Below are positions 9,541 to 17,929 of a DNA stretch of 32,000 bases, piece after piece. The notes beneath the pieces were generated by a model, which was given only the letters and a program-made list of their open reading frames with translations, did not search any database and was not told the origin of the DNA. The number at the start of each line of letters is the position of its first letter. The stretch's first letter is position 1. The translations under genes and the position numbers were made by a program. The DNA comes from an uncultured bacterium (GTDB lineage: Bacteria; Babelota; Babeliae; Babelales; Vermiphilaceae). Location: contig OY969699.1 in NCBI GenBank assembly GCA_963702025.1, forward strand, positions 1,176,279 to 1,208,278, written 5' to 3'.

Positions 9541-10998
9541 ATGCATATCATAAATCCAATGAGGCATGCATTATCAATTGCATTGCTCATTTCACTCGTT
9601 GCAAGCAATGCGCATGCAACCGTATTTACCGTAAACACAACCTCAGATTCTGTAGCTAATCCGGGTTCTTTACGGTATGCAATTACTAACCTTGCCGCGG
9701 GCGCAAACACCATTCAATTTGATATCTCTACTTCCGATCCGGGATATAATCCAACAATGCAAACATGGACCATTCAACCGGCAACTGATTTGCCAAACAT
9801 AGTTCAACAAGTAACCATTAGTGGTTACACCTTCGCCGGCGCGGTTTATAATACCGCAACACCAAACACCCTTGCGCAAGGCGATAATGCAGTCTTGCAA
9901 ATTATCATAAATGGCAGCAATTATACAGTTGGCGATGGAGCTATCACGGGTAACGGTCTTCATTTTGCTGCCGGATCTGATGGATCTTTAGTAAGCGGGT
10001 TAGTAATTAATGAGTGGGTGGATAACGGCATTTTGATTGATGGAACTGATGGCACTATTAATGGCATACAAATTAATGGCAACTTCATAGGTACTAATGC
10101 CGCCGGCACAGCAGTTGATGCCAATAGATGCGGAATCGCAATCTCAGGGACAACAAATGCAATAACTAATACGATAATAGGAACAGAAGCGCTCGCCGAC
10201 CGTAATATAATTGCCGGAAGCTTCCAATATTTTAATCCCGATAGCTATGGCGTGCGTGGTGCGTGCATAAGCACGATATCCTCTTCCGGAACAACCATTC
10301 AAAATAATTATATTGGCACCGATATCAACGGCCAGATCGCTCTGGGCAATTCAACCGCTGGTATCATTTTTAATGGGGAAACAGGCAGCCTTATTGGCGG
10401 TACTACTTCCCAATCAAATCTTATATCAGGACATGCAATTTATGGTGTAAATCTTTCCGGGAACTTTCTCTTTAACTCGTTTGTGGGTGTCACCGGTTCA
10501 ACTTTTTGTGCAGTTCAGGAAAATAAAATTGGCACAAATATTCAGGGAAATACCGGTCTTGGCAATTCTAATGCGGGTGTTGAGGTTGAATCATTTTCAA
10601 CTAATAATACGATAATAAATAATCTTATTTCAGGAAATGGTGCAGGTATTCATCTTGGCCAAGCATCTATGCCGGGTAATAATTTTAATATGGTACAAGG
10701 AAATTCAATAGGTACTGATTTTTCAGGAACTAACATCATTGCAAATACCCGTTTTGGCATTGAGGTGAATGACAGTGAAAACACAGTCGGTGGCGCAGTC
10801 TTAGGTCAAGGCAATGCTATCTCTGGCAATGTTCAAGGCGGCATTTTGATCTACGCAACTTCTGATACAACAGTAAATGGCAATCTCATTGGAACTGATA
10901 AAACCGGAACAAAAAAGTTAGGCAATAACGGTCCTGGTATTCAAATAGGACTCAATGGGGGCCTTGGTGGCAGCAGTGCCAATACCATTGGATCTTAA
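9541..10998 (+). CDS. secreted right-handed parallel beta-helix repeat protein (N-terminal head type)
   Basis: AAGGAGAG Shine-Dalgarno and signal peptide ending NAHA. Head motif FTVNTTSDSVANPGSLRYAI...NTIQFDI..., then many N.I.GN.IGT...G......N..GI.I repeats. Lacks the QNFPVL-type tail. Confidence 0.7.
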   Translation: MHIINPMRHALSIALLISLVASNAHATVFTVNTTSDSVANPGSLRYAITNLAAGANTIQFDISTSDPGYNPTMQTWTIQPATDLPNIVQQVTISGYTFAGAVYNTATPNTLAQGDNAVLQIIINGSNYTVGDGAITGNGLHFAAGSDGSLVSGLVINEWVDNGILIDGTDGTINGIQINGNFIGTNAAGTAVDANRCGIAISGTTNAITNTIIGTEALADRNIIAGSFQYFNPDSYGVRGACISTISSSGTTIQNNYIGTDINGQIALGNSTAGIIFNGETGSLIGGTTSQSNLISGHAIYGVNLSGNFLFNSFVGVTGSTFCAVQENKIGTNIQGNTGLGNSNAGVEVESFSTNNTIINNLISGNGAGIHLGQASMPGNNFNMVQGNSIGTDFSGTNIIANTRFGIEVNDSENTVGGAVLGQGNAISGNVQGGILIYATSDTTVNGNLIGTDKTGTKKLGNNGPGIQIGLNGGLGGSSANTIGS

Positions 10999-11027
10999 AA
11001 GATAATTACCACTTTGAGGAGATTTTT

Positions 11028-12668
11028 ATGAAACATTTTGTAAAATATTTAATATTGGGCTTATGCTCTCCCTTTATATTTCACTCAACAACACATGCTA
11101 ATAAATCCAGTCATTTAAGTAAAAGGATTCACCCTTCTAAAATAGAAACCTATACAACTGCAGAGCTAAACAATCTGAGCAAGACATCACCGTCAGTAAC
11201 GCGAACTACAGCCCCCGTGCAAAATGTAGAGCTCCAATTTACTGCCGCAACGGTAGAGAATTCTAAAACTCTCTACAGACCTCAACCAAACTGCAACGGA
11301 TGGGTTGGCCCCGAGCAATATATTTTAATGTCTAATAATCAAATACGCAGTTTTAACAAATTAACCGGTCAACCGGATGGGGTTCTTGATATTGATCCGA
11401 GTAGCTTTTTTCAAATTGCTATTGCTGATGCACGCATCGATTTCGATCGTTTTGGTCAGCGTTGGTTCTTTGCAGGTATTGATACAGATTATACGACTGG
11501 TAGCTCCCCCAACCTTCATTTAGCATTCAGCGATAGCGCTATCATTACACCAAATACAAAATGGACTATTCTTGTTATTCCAAATGCCCAAATCGCACCC
11601 TTTCTGATCCCTTTAGGAAGCGGAAGCATTGATTATGACCAACTTGCCATTGATCAAAACGCCGTGTACGTAACGGTCCAAACTTTTGACGGACCTGAAG
11701 CTAATTTTTATGGCGCATCCGCAATAGTATTTCAAAAGAGTTCCTTAACGTCAAATAATCCCGTTATCACCGTTTTCACCCAATTAAATCCGGATGCCAC
11801 GCCAAGTGATGATTTTGAAACGTACACGCCACCAGCAGATAATTTTGACCGAAATCCCACCTACGGTTATATTTTAGGGCCAAATCTGACTGCCTCTGCG
11901 CCAAACTATAATCTTGCAACGCAGATGTTTTTCTATCGAGTAATCAATCCTGGCAGCTCATCACCATCAATAACTCCCGCAATACCGGTTAATCTTCCGC
12001 CATCTGCATATATTACCGCAACTGATAGATCCGATTCAACGGGAGCTCCGCACAAAGGTAATCTGTTTGGGCCTGGTTACTATTTACAAACGCTTGATAA
12101 TGCGCCTGCAGCGGCACACATTCGCAACCATCAATTATTTACCTGCACTGATATTCTTGTTGATGATACGGGCACGCCAAATTTATTAGGCGATAGAATC
12201 GGCGTTGTATGGTATCAGTTTGATTTAACCGGCGGTGGTGTAGAAACTGAATCAACAGTTCCTATTCTGGTGCAGTCGGGCGTTTTATATGATCCTACCG
12301 TCACCGCTACACCACTCTTTTATTTTAATTCTTCCATTATGACTAATAAAAATGGTGATTTGGTTATTATAGCTAATACTTCCGGAGTAAATGAGTATGT
12401 AAATATCGTCTATGCAGGTAGAAAAGCAACCGATCAAGCAGGGCAATTACGCACTCCGGTGACCATAACTAATAATATATTCCCCTATAATTTTGGCTTA
12501 GAACAATTTTTCATCAATGGATTTACTTTCTCCGTTCAACGGTGGGGAGATTTATCATCATTAGCACCTGATCCGGTTAATGATCTTGATATGTGGCTCA
12601 CCAACCAACTGCCAATTATACCAAATGGCTATGGCATTACCGTTGCACAATTAACACCGGCAAGCTAA
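11028..12668 (+). CDS. hypothetical secreted protein, 546 aa
   Basis: GAGGAG Shine-Dalgarno and signal peptide (LILGLCSPFIFHSTTHA). No domain recognised with confidence. A QRWGDLSSLAPDPVND motif near the C-terminus is reminiscent of beta-propeller orphan families, but this is unverified. Confidence 0.6.
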   Translation: MKHFVKYLILGLCSPFIFHSTTHANKSSHLSKRIHPSKIETYTTAELNNLSKTSPSVTRTTAPVQNVELQFTAATVENSKTLYRPQPNCNGWVGPEQYILMSNNQIRSFNKLTGQPDGVLDIDPSSFFQIAIADARIDFDRFGQRWFFAGIDTDYTTGSSPNLHLAFSDSAIITPNTKWTILVIPNAQIAPFLIPLGSGSIDYDQLAIDQNAVYVTVQTFDGPEANFYGASAIVFQKSSLTSNNPVITVFTQLNPDATPSDDFETYTPPADNFDRNPTYGYILGPNLTASAPNYNLATQMFFYRVINPGSSSPSITPAIPVNLPPSAYITATDRSDSTGAPHKGNLFGPGYYLQTLDNAPAAAHIRNHQLFTCTDILVDDTGTPNLLGDRIGVVWYQFDLTGGGVETESTVPILVQSGVLYDPTVTATPLFYFNSSIMTNKNGDLVIIANTSGVNEYVNIVYAGRKATDQAGQLRTPVTITNNIFPYNFGLEQFFINGFTFSVQRWGDLSSLAPDPVNDLDMWLTNQLPIIPNGYGITVAQLTPAS

Positions 12669-12711
12669 ATATCTGTTTTTTAAACTTAACGTAGATTATT
12701 TTGTGTTTTTA

Positions 12712-12748
12712 GTGGCCTCTTATAAGAAAATAAGAGGTCACTTTTTTT
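12712..12748 (+). terminator. rho-independent terminator after the 546-aa gene
   Basis: GTGGCCTCTTAT / ATAAGAGGTCAC form a 12-bp stem with one G-T pair. The loop is AAGAAA and a T7 run follows. Confidence 0.7.
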
Positions 12749-12916
12749 AAAATCATCTATGATTTATTAAAAGCAGGTGTAAACTTAATTTAATTGAATT
12801 TTACCTTTACCATAAAACCTCCGGCAATACTCTTTTCGCTGATGTTCTTTACGTGTAATTTATGCTGAGCTCTTCTAAAAGAGAAGCAACGCCGGATGTA
12901 TAGTAGAAAAAAGCTT

Positions 12917-15900
12917 ATGTCCCAACACTTTACCCATCTTCATTTACATACCGATTTCTCCCTGCTTGACGGCGCAATATCCGTTGAGAAACTGGTGGAA
13001 TTTGGCCAAAAAAATAAGCTCAAGGCTTTAGCCATTACCGATCATGGCAATATTTTTGGCGCCGTAAAATTTTTTCAAAAATGCAAAAAGGCGGGAATTA
13101 AACCGATTCTGGGCATGGAAGCCTATATGACTGAAGATGCCACGGTAAGAAATGCTGAAAAAAAATATTATCATCTGATCATCCTGGTGCAAAATGAAAT
13201 CGGTTATAAAAATTTATTAAAATTAATTTCTTATTCTTTTCAAGAAGGCTTTTACTTTAAACCACGCATCGATTATAAGATCCTTGCAAAACACCATGAA
13301 GGATTGATCGTTACCAGTGCCTGCCTTGGTGGTCATATTCCTTCTTTATTAATGACCGGACAGAATGAAGAAGCGGAACGGTTAATGGATTGGTTTTTAG
13401 GTATCTTTGGGCCGGAACGATTTTTTTTGGAAGTCCAGCCGGAGGACCAGAAAGAACAAGCCATTTTAAATAATAAAATATTCGAATATGCTACCAAAAA
13501 AAATATTAATGTAGTTGCGGCAGGAGATTGCCATTATGCTACCAAAGAAGATCACGAAGCGCATGAAGTAATGCTTTCTATTCAGACCCATGATAAAATG
13601 GCCAACCCGGATCGCTATTCATTTGGTGATTGCCGGGTTTATATGCGCACGCAAGATGAGATGCTGGAACTATTTAAAGATCACCCGGAAGCAGTATGGA
13701 ATTCTGGTAAAATAGCAGATAGCTGCACCTTCGATTTTCAAACAGGAAAACTCTTTTTCCCGCGCTTTGAAATTCCGGCAGACCACACACAAGAAAGTTT
13801 TTTTGAATACTTATGCAAACGTGGTTTTGAAAATCTGATACGCCAAGAGCGCTTTGATCTGAGCAAACAAGAGCTCTATCAAGATCGGCTAAACCTTGAG
13901 ATTGCTCTTATTATAAAAATGGGCTTTATCGGCTATTTTTTGGTGGTCAGCGATTTTATTCAGTGGGCGCGCCGCAATGGCATACCCGTTGGCCCCGGGC
14001 GCGGTTCGGCAGCCGGATCATTAGTGGCATGGGCTCTTGAAATTACCAATATTGATCCAATTAAATACAATCTTCTTTTTGAGCGTTTCTTAAATCCCGA
14101 ACGTATCAGCATGCCTGATATCGATATCGATTTTTGTATCGAGGGCAGAGATAAAGTAATTAATTATGTTCGTGATAAATATGGCCATGACAAAGTATGC
14201 CAAATCATCACCTTTGGTACCATGATGGCAAAGGGCGTGATCAAAGATGTTGCCCGCGTCCTTGGCTTCTCTTTTGAAGATTCAAATGCGATCACCAATC
14301 TCATTCCCGAACAACTCAAAATAACGCTGGCCGACTCTTTGGAACAAGAGCCGCGACTCAAAGAATTAATTCAAACAAACCCCAAGGCGCAAAAATTATT
14401 TGATCTGGCTCTCCGGCTTGAGGGGTTAACGCGTCACGCTTCAAAACATGCGGCCGGCATTGTTATTTCACCCGAACCGATCGATGACGTATTGCCAATC
14501 TATGTGCCACCAAAAACAACCGAGTTGGTCACCCAATACGCCATGACTGAATTGGAGAGCCTCGGTTTTTTAAAGATCGATTTATTAGGACTTAAAAACT
14601 TAACACTTATTGATAAAGTAGTGGCACTCATACAAAAAAATTATGCTATTGCTATCGATATAGATAAATTGCCGCTCGATGATACCACAACGTTCACTCT
14701 TATCGGGCAAGGGAAAACTTCTGGCGTGTTTCAGCTGGAATCTGACGGATTAAAAGATGTCTTGCGCAAGTTGCAACCGGATAAATTTGAAGATATTATC
14801 GCCGTCAATGCACTCTATCGCCCTGGTCCGCTCGGTTCAGGAATGGTAGACGATTACATTGAACGCCGACACGGACGGCAGAAAATAAGCTATTTATTCC
14901 CGGAACTTGAACCAATACTTCAAGAAACCTACGGTGTTATCGTCTACCAAGAACAGGTTATGAAAATTGCATCGGCAATTGCCGGATTTTCATTGGGAGA
15001 ATCGGATATTTTGCGCCGAGCCATGGGTAAGAAAAAAGCAGAAGAAATGGCAAAACAACAAGAGATCTTTGTTGAGCGTGCCACAAAAAATAATTTCGAC
15101 GCCAAAAAAGCCCGTGAGCTTTTTGATTTAATGGCCTATTTTGCCGGTTATGGATTTAATAAATCGCATTCGGCCGCCTATGCATTAATCGCCTACCAAA
15201 CAGCCTATCTTAAGGCACATTATCCGGCTGAGTTTATGGCATGTCTTATTTCCCTCGAGGCAGCAAACGCAGAAAATATGTCCTTCTATTTGCAAGAAGC
15301 ACGCGACATGGAGTTGGATATCCTACCTCCGGATATAAATCAATCAGCGATCGAATTTACCCCCTTTGAGCGAAAAAAAATATTGTTCGGTCTGCAAGGA
15401 ATTAAGAATGTCGGTTTGGCTGCCCTTGAAAATATTATTACCGAACGAACTACCAAAGGCCCGTTCACCTCTCTGCTTGAATTCTGCAATCGCATCGATC
15501 TGCGAACATCAAATAAACGGGTTATCGAACATTTAATTTGCAGCGGCGCATTTGATACCATTCCAGGCACCCGATCCCAAAAAGTAGCCGATCTTGAAAA
15601 AATCATGGATCTTGCCGCCGAGCAGAAAAAAATAGCTGCTACCGGGCAAATGGGCCTTTTTGGTATGGCAGTGGAAAATACCGATGGTCCACAATCCACT
15701 CATGAATTTATCTACCAACAAATAGCCGAATGGTCAGATAAAGAAAAATTGGAAAAAGAGAAAGAGGTCATAGGATTTTATCTGAGTTCTCATCCGCTGC
15801 AATCATACAAAAAACTTCTTGGCTACCTGGGAATTTGTCCGTTTGATCAACTGCTTAAAAATAATCAGAATCAAAATCCTGAACATGAGCCGATCGTAAT

Positions 15901-16375
15901 CGGTGCGGGACTTATAAAAAGCAAGCGCGAAATAATCACCAAAAAAGGTGATCGTATGGCATTTGTTGCACTGGAAGATATGGTGGGATCGGCTGAAATA
16001 ATTTTATTCCCCAGCGTATTTAAAAAAGTAGAATCATGGTTGGGGCACCATCAAACATTCATTGTTAAGGGCGCCCTCGATAGCGCATCCCCAATTAAGT
16101 GTAAAATTAAAGCAAATGAGTGCATCCCTCTCGATCTTTTCTTTCAAGAATGGCCCTCGGTCCAAAAGATTGTATGCGCACTCAATGGCCCAATAGAACA
16201 AACAACACTGGAGACTCTTTCAAACAGCCTGCAAAAAGGAACAACCTCTCTCGAATTTTTATTTGTCGAAAATGGAAAAAAACTACGCTTGGCAACGCGT
16301 CAAAAGGTGATGGTTAATCAAAATCTTTTTGATCTGTTGCACACACTCAATATTACGCCGCAGTGTATGTTGTAA
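12917..16375 (+). CDS. dnaE: DNA polymerase III alpha subunit DnaE
   Basis: PHP domain HLHLHTDFSLLDG and polymerase core motifs (GPGRGSAAGSLVAW, PDIDIDF, FNKSHSAAYA). The start is placed at MSQHF (12917); the upstream ATG at 12896 is also possible. Confidence 0.95.
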   Translation: MSQHFTHLHLHTDFSLLDGAISVEKLVEFGQKNKLKALAITDHGNIFGAVKFFQKCKKAGIKPILGMEAYMTEDATVRNAEKKYYHLIILVQNEIGYKNLLKLISYSFQEGFYFKPRIDYKILAKHHEGLIVTSACLGGHIPSLLMTGQNEEAERLMDWFLGIFGPERFFLEVQPEDQKEQAILNNKIFEYATKKNINVVAAGDCHYATKEDHEAHEVMLSIQTHDKMANPDRYSFGDCRVYMRTQDEMLELFKDHPEAVWNSGKIADSCTFDFQTGKLFFPRFEIPADHTQESFFEYLCKRGFENLIRQERFDLSKQELYQDRLNLEIALIIKMGFIGYFLVVSDFIQWARRNGIPVGPGRGSAAGSLVAWALEITNIDPIKYNLLFERFLNPERISMPDIDIDFCIEGRDKVINYVRDKYGHDKVCQIITFGTMMAKGVIKDVARVLGFSFEDSNAITNLIPEQLKITLADSLEQEPRLKELIQTNPKAQKLFDLALRLEGLTRHASKHAAGIVISPEPIDDVLPIYVPPKTTELVTQYAMTELESLGFLKIDLLGLKNLTLIDKVVALIQKNYAIAIDIDKLPLDDTTTFTLIGQGKTSGVFQLESDGLKDVLRKLQPDKFEDIIAVNALYRPGPLGSGMVDDYIERRHGRQKISYLFPELEPILQETYGVIVYQEQVMKIASAIAGFSLGESDILRRAMGKKKAEEMAKQQEIFVERATKNNFDAKKARELFDLMAYFAGYGFNKSHSAAYALIAYQTAYLKAHYPAEFMACLISLEAANAENMSFYLQEARDMELDILPPDINQSAIEFTPFERKKILFGLQGIKNVGLAALENIITERTTKGPFTSLLEFCNRIDLRTSNKRVIEHLICSGAFDTIPGTRSQKVADLEKIMDLAAEQKKIAATGQMGLFGMAVENTDGPQSTHEFIYQQIAEWSDKEKLEKEKEVIGFYLSSHPLQSYKKLLGYLGICPFDQLLKNNQNQNPEHEPIVIGAGLIKSKREIITKKGDRMAFVALEDMVGSAEIILFPSVFKKVESWLGHHQTFIVKGALDSASPIKCKIKANECIPLDLFFQEWPSVQKIVCALNGPIEQTTLETLSNSLQKGTTSLEFLFVENGKKLRLATRQKVMVNQNLFDLLHTLNITPQCML

Positions 16376-17026
16376 TTATGTCTTTTTTAAATAATTGAGC
16401 GCTCGCGCATACCACTCACCACTCATTTGTTCGAGCGTTGTTAAAAAAAGCGCTTGCATTCTTTGATCATTATGTTCAAGCAAATAATCGAGCGCCACAA
16501 ATAATATCGTTTCAACTTCCGGCGATTGCAACTGCAAGAGGCCGACAACGATTGCCGTATAGAGCGGCGCCACGGCGTGCACATCGGCACAGCCTTTTAA
16601 CTCCTGCGCCACGGCAAATGCGCGCAGAACCATTTTTTTCTCAAGCAAATTATAGGCAAGTTTACTTAATTTACTTTGAAGACTGTGTGTACTTTTACTG
16701 CTTTTATAAATTTCCAGCAAACGGGTTAAGTGCTTATCATCATGCGGAAGTAAAAAAATCAATTCCTCGTAAAGCGCACACGCCTCTTTATAGCGGTGTG
16801 TATGGTGATATACATGAGCAGCTTGCGCATATTTTTCAGGTGCTCGGCCATCTTGAAATGCATCCAATAAATCGCCCTCTAATTGGTAGGCGTACGCCTG
16901 ATCTTCAAGCGAATGGCTTAATAAGCGATATACTCCGAACGCTTTTTCTTTTTCACCTTTTGCAATGCATTCAGCCAATTTGAACCATGCTATGGTATAT
17001 TTATCATTTGGTACATGCCTCATCAT
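16376..17026 (-). CDS. hypothetical all-helical protein (TPR-like by eye)
   Basis: AAGGA Shine-Dalgarno upstream of ATGATG at 17021-17026. 216 aa, helical repeat-like composition, no recognised family. Its stop codon abuts the dnaE stop. Confidence 0.5.
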   Translation of the reverse strand: MMRHVPNDKYTIAWFKLAECIAKGEKEKAFGVYRLLSHSLEDQAYAYQLEGDLLDAFQDGRAPEKYAQAAHVYHHTHRYKEACALYEELIFLLPHDDKHLTRLLEIYKSSKSTHSLQSKLSKLAYNLLEKKMVLRAFAVAQELKGCADVHAVAPLYTAIVVGLLQLQSPEVETILFVALDYLLEHNDQRMQALFLTTLEQMSGEWYARALNYLKKT

Positions 17027-17135
17027 CTCTATCCTTTATCTTCTCAATGAGCTTTTTTGGTATTCAACCATGCTCAGCTGATAAAATCAATCGATGAGAG
17101 TAAATTTCTACTAATGAACTATTGGAGAAGGTAAA

Positions 17136-17381
17136 TTATTTATTAAGATTTGACAGACGGTTGCCCCACGCTGCCACATGACTCAACTCATTTTTATCAA
17201 TCTGGGTTACATCCACTTCGATCTCATTTGTAGCCGCATTTCGCTTGGTTGGGAAATCGCAACTTTTAACGCGGGTAAAAACAGGATGTGGCTTTACTTT
17301 ATTCGGCTTAACAATGACCATAGCTTGATTTGTAAAAACTGAGAAAATTACGATAATCCCCAAGAGAAAAACACTTTTCAT
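17136..17381 (-). CDS. small hypothetical secreted protein
   Basis: Start moved to the internal ATG at 17381, which is preceded by a strong GGGAGGGG Shine-Dalgarno. Signal peptide MKSVFLLGIIVIFSVFTNQA. Confidence 0.5.
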   Translation of the reverse strand: MKSVFLLGIIVIFSVFTNQAMVIVKPNKVKPHPVFTRVKSCDFPTKRNAATNEIEVDVTQIDKNELSHVAAWGNRLSNLNK

Positions 17382-17523
17382 ACTACCCCTCCCAAAACTG
17401 ATAAATACTATCGTAAGATTACGACAAACAATTACCACGATACAAGAATTAAAAAAAAATTGTATAGTTTCATGTTTTATGAAAGCATCTGTGTTTCAGG
17501 AGAAAGGAAAAGGATAAAAGACG

Positions 17524-17565
17524 TCCTTCGATACGAAAACTGCGTTTTCTACTCAGGATGAGCGG
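17524..17565 (+). repeat. structured repeat, copy a (solo, outer stem missing)
   Basis: TCC-TTCGATAC-GAAAAC-TGC-GTTTTC-TACTCA-GGA-TGA-GCGG. Same architecture as the copies at 19817, 25498 and 25867. Confidence 0.7.
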
Positions 17566-17645
17566 AAGAGACAATTGAGTGAGCCAGAGCCCAGCCTACG
17601 CTTAGTGCTATTATTATTTATTTATATCTTTAAGCCAATCCTTTG

Positions 17646-17663
17646 AAAAACTGGCCGCGCCAG
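17646..17663 (-). terminator. probable terminator downstream of tRNA-Phe
   Basis: On the minus strand CTGGC-GCG-GCCAG is followed by TTTTT. The stem is short (5 bp) but GC-rich. Confidence 0.4.
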
Positions 17664-17703
17664 GCGTAGCTTGCCGAGCCGGAAGGCCCGGATAAGCGTA
17701 GAC

Positions 17704-17778
17704 TGGTGCCGGGGGTCGGAATTGAACCAACGACGCCAAGCTCTTCAGGCTTGCGCTCTACCACTGAGCTACCCCGGC
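17704..17778 (-). tRNA. tRNA-Phe (anticodon GAA), CCA encoded
   Basis: The reverse complement reads GCCGGGG TA GCTC AGTGGTA GAGC G CAAGC CTGAAGA GCTTG GCGTC GTTGG TTCAATT CCGAC CCCCGGC A CCA. This gives a perfect 7-bp acceptor stem, the D, anticodon and T arms, and a GAA anticodon. Confidence 0.9.
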
Positions 17779-17825
17779 AAATTAGGAAAGATTTGAATAT
17801 CAGTAGAATACTTATTTAGCAGGGA

Positions 17826-17854
17826 TTGTCAATACTTTTTGACCCCCTTAAGAT
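17826..17854 (+). promoter_or_regulatory. candidate sigma70-type promoter for pheS
   Basis: TTGTCA (17826-17831), 17-nt spacer, TAAGAT (17849-17854), about 75 nt upstream of the pheS ATG. Sequence match only. Confidence 0.3.
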
Positions 17855-17929
17855 GCATCAATTATTGCTAACGCGCCAAAGTATGATACACTGGCCAGGG
17901 ACAGACTATGGTAATATAAGGTTATTCTT

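Noticed and set aside
16414-16437. ACTCACCAC...CGAGCG inside the 216-aa ORF as a possible fifth repeat copy
   Set aside because: It lacks the TTCGATAY loop and the inner hairpin, has a 9-nt insertion, and lies in coding sequence. It is probably coincidental.
16438-16983. 181-aa plus-strand ORF fully antisense to the 216-aa minus-strand ORF
   Set aside because: Its Arg/Pro/Ala-rich low-complexity translation is typical of a shadow frame. It has no Shine-Dalgarno, whereas the minus-strand ORF has AAGGA and ordinary composition.
17550-17565. CTCAGGATGAG in repeat copy a resembles the hammerhead CUGAUGA core
   Set aside because: It is not an exact match to the core. The corresponding positions in copies c and d read CACCACGAG, so the resemblance is not conserved.
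17593-17704. GC-rich palindromic segments between tRNA-Phe and its terminator. AGCCTACGCTTAG at 17593 is inverted relative to ATAAGCGTAGACT at 17692, and CCGGATAAGCGTAG resembles E. coli REP.
   Set aside because: The matches are short, occur at a single locus and overlap the tRNA 3' end. This is insufficient to call a REP family, though it could be revisited with the whole genome.
17855-17929. Possible Phe-rich leader peptide or T-box attenuator upstream of pheS
   Set aside because: The only short upstream ORF is out of frame, runs into pheS and contains a single Phe codon. At about 75 nt the leader is too short for a T-box.
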